NCBI GenBank assembly: GCA_973895155.1
Contig: OZ316894.1
Location: forward strand, 17,576,563 to 17,640,562
Direction: 5' to 3'
Length of the DNA stretch: 64,000 nucleotides
Source: Marsupella aquatica
Taxonomy: Eukaryota > Plantae > Marchantiophyta
Every line of letters begins with the position of its first letter. The first letter of the stretch is position 1. Below the pieces are notes generated by a model. The model had not been told where the DNA came from and searched no databases. It worked only from the letters and a program-made list of their open reading frames with translations. A program made the position numbers and the translations under genes. Shown here piece by piece: positions 1 to 11,263 of the stretch.

Positions 1-508
1 ATTGTTGGACATTATGATTAATGTTTGTTATTGTACTCACTGTTTTGAAGGGTCCGAGATTGCTGACTACTGTGAACACCCTTGCCCTAAATCTGGTTGA
101 GGTAGGCCTTTATTTGGTTTTGTAAACTTTTGTCATTTTGATTTGTACAATTCAGGTCTCCTTCAAATACCCAATGCCACTTACAATATGAAATGAGATT
201 AGGTAACGTACCCCAAGTAAATAATTTCTGACCAAGTTGCTAATATGTCATCTGTTTACCTGTTGTTGGCATGCATGAACTATTCTATTGGCAAACGGGG
301 CTAAAGTGGGAGCTGCCTTTACCTCAGTTGGAGTCCAGTACCTCAAATGTATGTCTAATTCTTCACTTGTGCATACATTTGCTTCACATGACGCTCTAGA
401 AGATGGTATGGAAGGGTTTTGGAGTTGTCTAGAACAATTCATATGCTCTGCAAGATGTCAAAGAAGAAAGATGTGCAACTGTGTTTTTGATTAGGTAGTG
501 CTGCAATC

Positions 509-978
509 ATGGCTTCTTCTAGCCAGGTTGGGTCACATAACACTGCATATACAACAGAGGCAGACAACCTGAGAAGTTTACCTCTTTCCCATCCACGTCA
601 AATACAGCGTCGTGATGATAACTTATGGGCTCGGGAACAGACAACTTGCTCTGGTAGTGCTGATCATAGAATGTATTGCTCTTGCATGGAATGCAAAGGG
701 ATTGTTAAGACTACTCGAAAGACCAGTCGACAACATCTTCTTAAATATGGCCGCTACCCTGCCTGTCGAGTGTGGGTAGGAGAGGGTGAAGACTCTTTTG
801 ATGAGGAGTGGAGATCCAATTACATCCGTAACTCTGGTCCAGAGGCACTGAGGGCAGGAATGTCTCGAGAGGCATTCCACTCAGGCCAGCCATCAATAGA
901 TGTTGAAGAGCAGGTCAGAGTTTTACTTCAGGAGACATTGGCAAGAGCTTCTAAAGAGTCTGACGAATATCACTACAA
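509..978 (+). pseudogene. 5' fragment of a CACTA/En-Spm transposase (transposase-associated Cys/His domain), interrupted by a CACTA terminus
   Basis: YCSCMECKG..QHLLKYGRYP..VWVGEGE matches the CxCx2C..HL..G..W..GE N-terminal domain of plant CACTA TnpD. Similarity ends where CACTAC begins at 971/979. Confidence 0.7.
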
Positions 979-1400
979 CACTACCTACACCTTTTGCAAA
1001 CTTGAAAGCATCGCAAACAACAAAGGAAATCGAAAAACAAAACTCGCCTTTGTGAAGTATCGCGCATCGCAATAGAATCGCGAACTGCAAAGCCCAAAGG
1101 TTCGCATCCGGTCTTTTGCAAGACCTTCGCAAGCCCTTTGCAACTTGCGACACGAATAGAATCGCAAAGGACTCACATTTAAGCAACTCCATGGGCATCG
1201 CGATAGGCTTGCGATAATAATCGATCAGTTCCATATTTGCGATTCCACGAGTTTGGTAATATTTTTGCGATATTCAATGAATGGTTGTTATGCCATGAAG
1301 ATCGCTTCGCATTTGTGTGAAGTTATGTGGTTCGCATAATGTTTGCGATACCTTTAGTATGGTAAATATGCGATTTGGGTTGTTCGCATATGTTTTGCAA
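971..1400. mobile_element. CACTA element terminus with subterminal repeats
   Basis: CACTAC at 971 and 979, followed by many direct and inverted copies of (A)TCGCA(A)/TTGCGA. The partner terminus is not seen. Confidence 0.6.
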
Positions 1401-1679
1401 GCTGTCTTGAGGCTAGGATTTAGATTTAGAGTTTTGAACTATGGTTGGGGTCTTGTTGTCCAACACGGAGAATGAGGTCTGAATCAAAATTGCTTTATAG
1501 AAAATTGATAGGTACACAGAAATTAGGGTTTCCTAAACCCTAAACCCTAGATGGGTGTCATATGACAAGCTAGGTCCCTATAAGACTACCCATATCAAAA
1601 CTATATACTACACTAAGTAAATGGGCATCCCATGGGCACTACACCACCAAGCTCTAGCACTAGTACATTTTGAGGCATT

Positions 1680-2100
1680 TTACCGATTGTATTTCCATCG
1701 GACGCCTTCTAGAAATCCGACGCGGAAATCTCACCTGTCTGATACCAAAAAGAATCGCATTTTCCGATATACTTTTTATCGGAAAATGACAATCGGAAAC
1801 TAATCAGAACTACCGATACCAAAACATTCGGGAGTTCCATCGTCTAAACTGTCGGGAAACACTATGTCCGATGCCCGCTTAATCGGATGTCTGTTCCACG
1901 CATTTTCTGTTAATGGAGGCGTTCGATTCTAGACCGATATTCTGGACATGGAAATGCCCGATTGTTTTAACATCGGAATTGTCCGATGTTATTTGGAACG
2001 GAAATTGCGATTATAGTAGAATCGGACTTTGCAATACGTTTGGGATGGAAAAGTACGATGATTGTGGCATCGGATATGGATCGGTATCTACCGGAAACTA
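1680..2100. repeat. CACTA subterminal repeat field (ATCGGA/TCCGAT)
   Basis: Many direct and inverted copies of the hexamer. The motif also clusters at ~4110-4210 and ~5480-5590. Confidence 0.8.
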
Positions 2101-2452
2101 TTTGGCTAGCTTGATTGGGCCTATTTTAAATGGGGGGCTAATTGGGGGTTTAATTGGGGTGCAATTTAATTCTTTAATTGAGTTTTTATCTAGGGTTTAG
2201 AGAGGTCATTTAGTCAAGAGAGACTATCAATTTTGATTGCACACTATGTACCTTGAAACCCGGGCATGACACGGCGTAACTATATCTTATATACAAAAAT
2301 GAAATATCCAGGGCAAAAGTACAAAAAATGGAGAACATCTCCATGCATAGTGCCAGCTATGCTAAAGGCTGGGCATATCAAATGGACATAATGCCCTCCA
2401 ACTGTCCACCTCGCTAGCCTGGTACTAGATCTATACATGTCTACCTAGTCCA

Positions 2453-5428
2453 CTATCCATACAAGCTATGTCGCGCCTTCCTCTTCTTCACACGGGAACG
2501 ACTAGGCTGCTCTGCTCTATGAGTCTCTACCGCTGACACACTAGGTAGCACATCATGGTCGTGGCTACCTGATCTGCCTCCATCGTCATGTGGATGAGGT
2601 GCAGAAGCAATCTCTGGTACTCCCCCACCTCCAGATGCGCCTGAACCATGGGAAGGCACTCCTTCCCCAACACAAGTGTGGAAAGAAGCCCCTCCAGCAC
2701 CACCACCACTACCCCCCTCAGGCCGAGTCTCACCTCCGCCACTATGACGGGAACCTCCCGATTGGGTGCCTACACCACCACTATGAATAGGAGATGGTGT
2801 GGGCACATGACCACCAAGGCCCCCCCCTGGACTGTCGCGAACCAGCTGGTACACTACCAGGGCTAGCCCTAAACTGACGAGGTGCAGCAACTCCACCACT
2901 ACCCCCCTCAGGGCGAGACTCACCTCCACCACTATGGCCGGAACCTCTAGACTGGATGCCTACACCACCACTATGAACAGGAGATGGTGTCGGCACATGA
3001 CCACCAAGGCCTCCCCCGGACTGTCGTGAACTAGCTGGTACACTACTAGGGCTAGCCCTAAACTGACGAGGTGCAACAACTCCACCACTACCCCCCTCAG
3101 GACGAGACTCACCTCCACCACTACGGCCGGAACCTCCAGACTGGATGCCTACACCACCACTATGAACAGGAGATGGTGTGGGCACATGACCACCAAGGCC
3201 TCCCTCGGACTGTCGTGAACCAGCTGGTACACTACCAGGGCCATCCCTAAACTGACGAGGTGCAACAACTCCACCACTACCCCCCTCAGGGCGAGACTCA
3301 CCTCCACCACTACGGCCGGAACCTCCTGACTGGCCAACGACACGACCAGTATGAACACCAGCCCGTTGTTGAGACCCACCTGGTACAACACCAGGGCCAG
3401 TCCTCACTCGACCACCTGTTGCGGCTAGAACTCCGGACTCACTACGAACCCCTCGTGACCTACTGTGGCTGGAACCCGGGACTCACTCCGTCCACTCCTA
3501 CCAGCTAATCTCTAATGAGAAGGAGGCATATCACCTACTCTACGCTCCATCCGGCGAGTGGAGCCACCTACACCCCGACCAGACTGGTGACGTCCACTCT
3601 CTCGGGGTCCTGATCGGCGCGCACCAGTAGAACCTCGTACTGGAGCCTCGGCCACACTCCCCTCTGAAGCACTATCATCCTCCGCATCCTCCTCGTCCTC
3701 CTCGTCCTCCTCCCCCTCACCATCCTCCTCACTCTCCAACTCGCCCCCTGACTCGATCATCCTGCACATAGTAACAATCTCCAATCCATATGTCATTCCG
3801 CAACATACGTACCAGCATGAAGCCATCTTTCAAATCATTCTAATATCCGCACTTACCGAGGCCAACATGTCGTCCATGTGAATCTTCAGTGCCCGAGCAC
3901 CATGCTCCTTTGCCAGCTCTCTCTCTCTGCCGGCAACAATGGTCGTCTGTGCTCTTTCTCCTACACACCCAAACCATATGCCACCCCCAATACTAAGGTC
4001 AATTATAGCGACCCTACCCTGGCCTAATTAAACACCTATATAAACCCTTCACCGTCAAAGACCCATAAGAACACTTAGCCGTTCATGCACAAACTATTCA
4101 AAAATTTGAATATGTCCGATACTAATAGAATCGGTACCCTCGACAGTTCCGATTCTTTTTTATTGTCCGATGTTGCATCCGATACTTAAAGGATCGGACT
4201 AGAATCGGACCTTACATGCCAAAAGCAAAAAAAACTAAGGCATGATTGAGCGACCTACGGGCATACAAAGACCTGTCCCAGGTTTGGAAGGGTTAGGCAT
4301 TCGTCAATTGGCCTCAGGTGATTAGGGAGGAGGAATGTTGCTGAAGGAATGCATGGAGAGGAGGGGAATGGAGCACTTACAAAATCGGCCTTGAGACGTT
4401 GTGATCCGCCTTGCCCCATTCTGTGAGTAACCTTTGGCCTCTTTGTTACTCTCAGCAGAGCTTTCATTAGCTAGGATGGTGGGTCTCCAAGCAGGGCTGA
4501 TTTTGCTGACCATTCTTCAAGTTCTTGATGCATGGGTGCAGTATTCACCATCTCTCCTTGTTTAATCTTCTTCTGAGCTGCTTGAATTTCAGCTTCCCAG
4601 TGTTGTGTGGCTTGCCAAGCTCGAACCTGCAACTCTTCTTCAAGCCAAGCACACCAAGCATCCTCAGGAATCTCACCAACTGGGCTTCCCCCTTTCCTGA
4701 TCACCTCCTCATCTAGTTTGCATTCAGCCAGGTACTTTCGCATCTTCTCTCGTACATGATTTTGCATGTCTGCAAGTGAGACTGAGATCTTTTTGTTTAA
4801 GAATTGATCGTCCACAAACGACCCATTTGAAAATCTCTCTTTGATTAGCTCTCAAAATTCAAAATCTCTCATCCTGCTTCTTCTTCCCCCAGTAGTCCAT
4901 CGGGCCAAAATGAGACCTCACAATCTGCCTAACTTGACTCCCAAACAAACGATAACTCCTGGAGAGTGGAGCACCTCCCTCATTCAGAAACAATTTTGGC
5001 CTCTTGGCCCTATCCTCTGCCTTCTTTCGTTCCTCCTGAATTCTCTATCGTTCTGCAGCCCGAGCCTCCCTCCTTAGGCTCTTCTCCTTTTGTCTTGGTG
5101 ATAGGGCTTCCACTGGCCTCTCTCTCTCGTCCTCCCTAGTGTTACGTTTCCTCTTCCTCTGCAATCTCTCCTCCTCAAGTCTGGCTTGGAAAGCTTTTTC
5201 TGCATCAGTGATGGCTACCTTCTGGGAGTTGTCGATCAGTCCTTGAGTGAGCTGAGCTACCTGCAATGCAACCTCCGGCGAGAGCCCCACCTTCTCCCTA
5301 AATAATTGAGCCATGACTTCACCATAGCTGCTTGATGGCCCGACACCATCTCCCATCCCTCTTGCATTCCCTCCCATCGCTACGAGCTCTGCAAAGGTAT
5401 CATGAAATGCTCCCAATGCTTTTCCCAA
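2453..5428 (-). pseudogene. TnpA-like second ORF of the CACTA element, multi-exon, with stops and a frameshift
   Basis: Collinear minus-strand ORF pieces: charged coiled coil (5045-5428), 4471-4815, KVTHRMGQGG followed by a GT donor (~4380), an acidic exon (3512-3765) and a Gly/Ser-rich repeat tail. Position and orientation fit the CACTA ORF2; family assignment is inference. Confidence 0.55.
2700..3330. repeat. 189-bp coding tandem repeat (~3.3 copies, 63-aa Gly/Ser/Pro-rich unit)
   Basis: CTCCACCACTACCCCCCTCAG recurs at 2891, 3080 and 3269 (period 189), with a partial copy at ~2700. Confidence 0.9.
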
Positions 5429-6405
5429 CTAGAGTGCCTTCGCACTTTAGTCGGGTGACCTAAAAACCCAAAATGCATAACGTCCGATACTTTCTGCATC
5501 GGAAACTCCGATTCTATGTCAATCGGACTTAGTATCGGACCCCTCCTCCAAAGTATCGGACTTAACCCTCCCAATGTATTTTCTGATGGTTTGTGAATCG
5601 CATGACCGTGGCATTTGGACTTTGGCATTTGGATCCCATGTATACTATAATGTCCCCCTTTATGTTAGTTGGGGGTTAATTATACTATATTGTGGGATTA
5701 TTAGGTGTGCGGCGCAAAACGGGCATATCAACGTACAGTTGCCGTGACAAAGCTAGCACACTATTTTTTGGTGGGTATGGATGATCATTGAATGTATGTA
5801 CCCAGATCTATTTTCAGTTTGATTTTAAATGATTCCCATTTTGACCATGAGGCAATGCTATATGCATGGTGCAACTTTTGGGGACTATAAGAAGTCACAA
5901 ATTAAATTAACACTCTAGTGCCGTTTTGTGCAGTTTTGTATTTTTTGTTTTTGGAGGGTCAGGTCGTTGCTTTTCCTTGGTTTTCTTAGTAGGGTTTATT
6001 TTTGCCAATGCATTATGCACAGCGAGAGTATGCGCATCCAAAAGGTATGACATATATGATCCTCCAAAATGTATTGGAAATATTTGACATGATATATGCG
6101 TTACTTGTGGGAGTTTATAATTGGACATCCAACTCGTCATTGATTTTTATTAATTTCATTAATTATTGGTTTGTTACTTAGGTTTGCATGTATGTGCAGG
6201 TTTTTTTGGATTGGCCTTAGCATATAGTCTAAGGCTTAGAGCCTAGTAGGCACTGTAGAGCGTGGATATCATTCAGGTACTAATTAAGTCCAACACTGAA
6301 AATTATTAACATACTATATATTTCCTGTTTGGGTTTACCTCAAGTTAGGGTGATGAATCAATCTTGCATTTTGGTAAAGACTTGTTTGTGTGTAATTGGC
6401 AGACA

Positions 6406-6636
6406 ATGTCGACTTCTGAGAGTTTAGATACAAATTCCGACTCTGACTTGTCTTCCTCTGAGGGGGACATTCCTCCTCCCCCTCAACAGCCTCGAGCACC
6501 CCCTCCATTAGGCCCTATTCCATGCTGGTGTCTTAGATGTAAAGGACTGGTGGTTCGTCAAGCGTGGTAGTCCATTGAACACATCGAAAACTATGGTCGA
6601 CATGAGGGTGATTTACCGGGATATTCAGCTCGCCAG
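6406..6636 (+). pseudogene. Exon 1 of the CACTA TnpD/SET locus (Cys/His transposase-associated motif)
   Basis: ATG at 6406; PCWCLRCKGLVVRQAW*SIEHIENYGRH with an in-frame TAG at 6568; phase-0 donor CAG|GT at 6636/6637. Confidence 0.6.
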
Positions 6637-6750
6637 GTATTGCTTGACATGAACTCCGCTATATACGATCAATACACTATCATAATAGTTGGCTGGTTTG
6701 AGACCTTTTAGGAGACAAGTATTAATTTTTGTTTGTTTATGATTGAATAG

Positions 6751-7713
6751 GTGCCTTGTAGGGCCCGTCCTCCATTGGTCTCTAGTCAACTATGGCATGA
6801 TGCATTCCTAGCTGGTGCTAGACAGTTGCTTGCATCATCAGTTGAAGACCCCAAGCAATCATGTACCCCCGCACATGTTCAAGCAGATGATGTTCATGAA
6901 CCCATAGTGGTAGAGTTGGGGCATGGTAGGGATGATGCACCGCCCCCTACTAGGGTTCTACGCACAAGACCACGTTCTCATAGACATCGACAACAGCATG
7001 TAGTTCTAGACACAAACCCATCCCATGAGCACTTTAGAAGGAGTGTTATGCCTCCACCAGGGGAGGAGTACATAGAAGTTGAAGGGAGGTTGGGCGTATC
7101 ATATGTGACGGGAAAGGCAATCAGTGTCTTCAAGGATTTTGACCCTGAGAGTTTTGCGATTCCTCGTGGCCTAGCCATTGATATCCCTGTACATATATGG
7201 GGTCAACAATGGATAGTGAAGGCATCGACCCTTGGCGGGGAGGTTGGATTAGGCTTATTTGCTTTGGAGGACATTGAGGTCCCTCCAAAGCCTTGGCGTC
7301 GTGGCTATGATGGGGAACACCTTTTCCCTTACATTGGGCCTGTGTATACATCCAAGAGTTGGAACATCCTCTTGCGCCAACATCCAGCTTGGGGGGTATA
7401 AGCATTGCAGATGGACTCAGACCCAGATGAGGTCCTAAGGAGGCCTTGGCATTGTAGGATGATTGATGGGGACCCTGTGCGTTCAGATAACATAGCTGGG
7501 TACATCAATAGTACACATGGTAGAGGGAGTGGACTCCAGCCTAATGTAGAGTGGGCTCAGATTTTTGGCCCACCCACTCCGCCTTACTATGTCACACATA
7601 TGGATGATCATGTTATGACAGTAGCCATACGGACCATTAGGGCGGGTGATGAGTTGTTTTGTGACTATGAATGGAACGCGCCCAAGATGGGCATTCGATC
7701 TGGCCACACTTAG
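6751..7713 (+). pseudogene. SET-domain (lysine methyltransferase) exon carried inside the CACTA element; one premature stop
   Basis: SET motifs in order: VKASTL..GLGLFALEDI, FPYIG, IDG..NIAGYINS, PNV, AIRTIRAGDELFCDY. The two ORF halves are in frame across a single TAA at 7399-7401. Acceptor TAG ends at 6750. Confidence 0.8.
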
Positions 7714-7822
7714 CACATATGTGTATTCCCCATTTTTGAAGTAATATAAGAATATTGTAGTTTTTTTAGGAACCCATGGGCTAACTCAAATGTATATATC
7801 TGTTTTGTGCGTTGTATGATAG

Positions 7823-8840
7823 AATGCATATGTTGAGCCGGATGTTGGGGTGTTACCACGAGCTATGCGCCAACACCTTGTGCAGGCCATGGAAGATTGG
7901 CGACATACCTCTCTACCACCAGATGGCGATCCGGATGTTCCAGAGCAGGAACCAGATGCCTCCCAATCAAGAGTTGATGAAGATAGGGCCATGGATGACT
8001 TGATGCACCAATTCTATGACATAGAGGATGGTGATCATGACATGGCTGATGGGGAGAACATTGAGGTCCCACTTCCACATCAAGAAGGTTCAAGGAGTTC
8101 AGCCTCCAAACAGTGGGAGGAAGCACGTCAACATGCGCAAACTCGGATATTTGATGGATCACGCTTGTCTCGTCTTTCAGCAATAATATTGTTGTTGAAC
8201 TTGCAGCAAAGACATGGAGCAAGCAACCTACTTCTTGATGATCTCTTTCGGACATTGCATGATTGTATCTTGCCAGAAGGAAACAACTTGCCAGACTCTT
8301 GGAAAGAGGCAAAGAAGGTGTTGATCGAAGTCCATAGGTCTGCAGTACGAAGTCATACATGCTTGCGTGAATGATTGTGTTCTATTTAGAGGCACTTATA
8401 AAGATGCAACGTCATGTCCTACATGTGAGAAGCCGAGGTATCGTGAGGACATGTTGACAGGAAAAGTTCCTCAGAAGGTCATGAGGTACTTTCCTCTTAT
8501 ACCTTGTTTGCGCCACCAATATAGATGTGCTGAGTTGGCTGAGTGTATGGTTTGGCATTCCCAAAATCGCTCAGATATGAGTTCACAGCCACCCACCATG
8601 CGCATGATGGTTGACTCCCCTGCAAACAAGTTTGTGGAGGAGAGATGGGGTGACTTCCGAACTGACCCACATCATGTTCACCTAGGATTGGCAGCGGATG
8701 GCATCAGCCCATTTGCACTAGCAGGTAAGGCCCAACCATATTCACTATGGCCAGTGGTCCTTACTAATTACAACATCCCTCCATGGATGTCCATGAAGAA
8801 GGGTCATTTGCTCCTTTCCATGATTATCCCTGGTCCTAAG
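7823..8840 (+). pseudogene. CACTA TnpD transposase, N-terminal half (Transposase_21/tnp2)
   Basis: NNLPDSWKEAKK, HACVNDCVLF..CPTC..PRY, KVMRYFPL, HLGLAADG, YSLWPVVLTNYNIPPW..LLSMIIPGPK. Frameshift near 8330; breaks off after GPK. Confidence 0.9.
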
Positions 8841-9217
8841 CCAATAATCCATGCCCCATATCCATTTTGTTGCACCTCCAGCGAAGCTCCATCCCAGACC
8901 TGCAATTGTAAAACCTTGCAGGAGCACTCAATTTGAGGACACCCGTACACAGAACCCCGACGCAAAATGATGAAAGAACTGGGGAACAAAGTGGGCAGAG
9001 GATACATTTTCATCAGAGAAGAATGCCACATAAACTGGTGTTTTGGTAATTGCGCATCAAAACCCAGCAACCAGACAACAGTCAGCACATGAAGCAATCT
9101 AGAGACTCATTATGAGCCTTTGTACATTGCTGCCGGGGTCATTTCCTCTGCCCCCAAATTTTTTTCCTAACTCTGACCAGCTTTCAATGAACTCCACTTT
9201 TGGGTGGGATCTGTCTG

Positions 9218-9572
9218 GAGGGATATGCTCAATAGACCCCCTCCAGGAGAAACTTTACTTGATCAGCCCCCTCCAAACTTTTTTGCCCCAATCAGCCCCC
9301 TCATTATGGCTCGTACCCTTTTCTCCCGTGTAAGCCAGTTTCCCCCGTATAAAGGCCATACTGCACAGTTGGGAGCCATGCCACCATGCAGGGTCGCCTC
9401 CCGCAGTCGACCATGAGACTCCGCTGCAGTAGGGCGCAACTACGCGGTTTTGCGTTCTCGCACTATGGTCCCTTATGAGTGTGAATACATTGTGGTTTAT
9501 GTATTCAACAAAATTTCTGTTTTAGGGCGCACATTGTCGGGGCGCGGTTTAGGGTCAAGCGCGAGAGTCATT
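9218..9572 (+). repeat. MULE left TIR
   Basis: Reverse complement of ~21727-22086. Confidence 0.93.
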
Positions 9573-9824
9573 TGTCGAGGGTGGGATCGACATTTTTTGT
9601 TGTTTTACGGAGGGGACTGAGGCATCGTTCATGGAGGTGAGGCGTCGTTTGCTGCTGGCGGCTGGCCATTTTGGGGAGGTTCATGCTTTGATCGTGTGCA
9701 CATTTCATTGATCGATGCCAAAGGAGAGCTTGAGGTTTGAGTTGCGGCCCACTGCTAGGATCGAGTAGTGTTCATTCACCCCATTCTCCGAGATTTCTTT
9801 CACATTGTAGCGCCTGCCAGATTG

Positions 9825-11130
9825 TTGGTGGGTTGTTTTGGTTTGGTGAGAGTGTCTCCCTTTGTTGTTCTTCAATTCCACAGGAGGATTGTCCGCCCGC
9901 CAATGTAGCCCAAGAAACTGTTTAGTCCTGCATACCATAACATGAATGACGTCTCCTGCATTATCTTATCTATCTGGTCGTAAGTTTTTCTACATTGTTC
10001 AGTTCTGCATTGTTCAGATTAGTTCAGATCATTTGCAGAGTCTCCTTGTTCTTGTGCATTTTTGTCACCATGAAATCCATGTCCTCTGGTTCTGCTGCAT
10101 AGTTTGAATACGTGGATAACAATGTAGGGCTAGGTTGCATTTGGGAGTTCAATCCTGTTCTTGAATTTGTGGCTTCAGCGGGGGCTTCAGTTTCCTCTCA
10201 GGATTTTGTGGTTGCCTACGAGCTTTAGGCAAAGTGGACTTCACGACAGGGATTAATCTGCATCCCACTTGAACCCGCATGTCTTTGTTTCTTGGTCAAA
10301 GCACTAGGTATGATTTCAGCTCTTTTTGCCAAAGTATAAATCTTGTAGCACCATTGTTTGCAAAGTGCTGAAGAAGTTATTTCTGAATGCTTCATGACGT
10401 GCATTGCATCCTGAATTTTACAAACGTTGTCTAAATGTCGACAAGTTTGAATGTTGTGCATGTTTCGAATACCATGACATGAATGTCTTTGAGTTCTGCT
10501 GCCCTGCTTGAATACCAAGACATTCGTGTGTTCTAGTTTTGCTTATATCTGAACTTGTTATCTTCTTGGTTTGCAAACATTGATGGGTTGTTTTGTTTTG
10601 GTGAGAGTATTTTCCTCTGTTGTTCTTTCAGAGGAGGATTGTCCGTCAATGTAGCCCAAGATACTGTTTCCTGCATTTTTTTGCATCGTGTTGATGCGCA
10701 GAATACCATTACCTGAATGTCTCTTGCATTCTGCAATTTTTGATCACCATCACATCCATGTCTTCCGGTTCTGGCACTACATAGTTCCAATATTACGTGG
10801 ATAACAGTGTAGGGATTGTTTCCAATGGCAGTTGAATCCTATCCTTGAATTTGTGAATGAAGTTTCCTCTCTAGATTTTGTGGTTGCCTGCAAGCTCTAG
10901 GCAAAGTGGACTTCATGACAGGGATTGATCTGCGTCTGACTTGAAGGGGGAGATTCTCGGTCGAAGCACTAGGTATGACTGACTGCATCCTGACTTTACA
11001 AACATTGTCTGCATGTCGACGAATGTTGGAGGTGCATGTTTTGAATACCATGACATGGATGTTTGCGAGTTCTTCTATTCTCTTTGAATACCATGACATT
11101 CGTGTCTTCTAAATTTGCTTATCTGTTGAA
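9825..11130. repeat. Diverged tandem duplication (~750-bp and ~550-bp copies) in the MULE leader
   Basis: GGAGGATTGTCCG..CAATGTAGCCCAAGA, TACGTGGATAACA and TAGGCAAAGTGGACTTCA each occur in both ~9830-10550 and ~10585-11130. Confidence 0.75.
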
Positions 11131-11263
11131 GTCGTCGGCATGAGTGTAGGGACCGCTCTGCTTCCATTAAGGAGTGGAAAGCAATACAGGCTGAAGGTCA
11201 AGGTCATAGGCTGGAGAGGTTGGGTTCAATTTTGAGCCCAACCAAGGTTCATGCTCAGTTTCC

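Larger units (their letters stand above)
1658..8840. mobile_element. CACTA/En-Spm element, left part; truncated or rearranged at ~8840
   Basis: CACTAGTACA at 1658, followed by dense ATCGGA/TCCGAT subterminal repeats. Contains divergent TnpA-like (-) and TnpD-like (+) genes. Confidence 0.75.

Noticed and set aside
1520-1550. Telomere-like TTAGGGTTT/AAACCCTAAACCCTA
   Set aside because: Only two or three imperfect units; common in plant transposon ends.
9204-9416. Similar ORFs at 9204-9416 and 21888-22190
   Set aside because: They are translations of the MULE TIRs.
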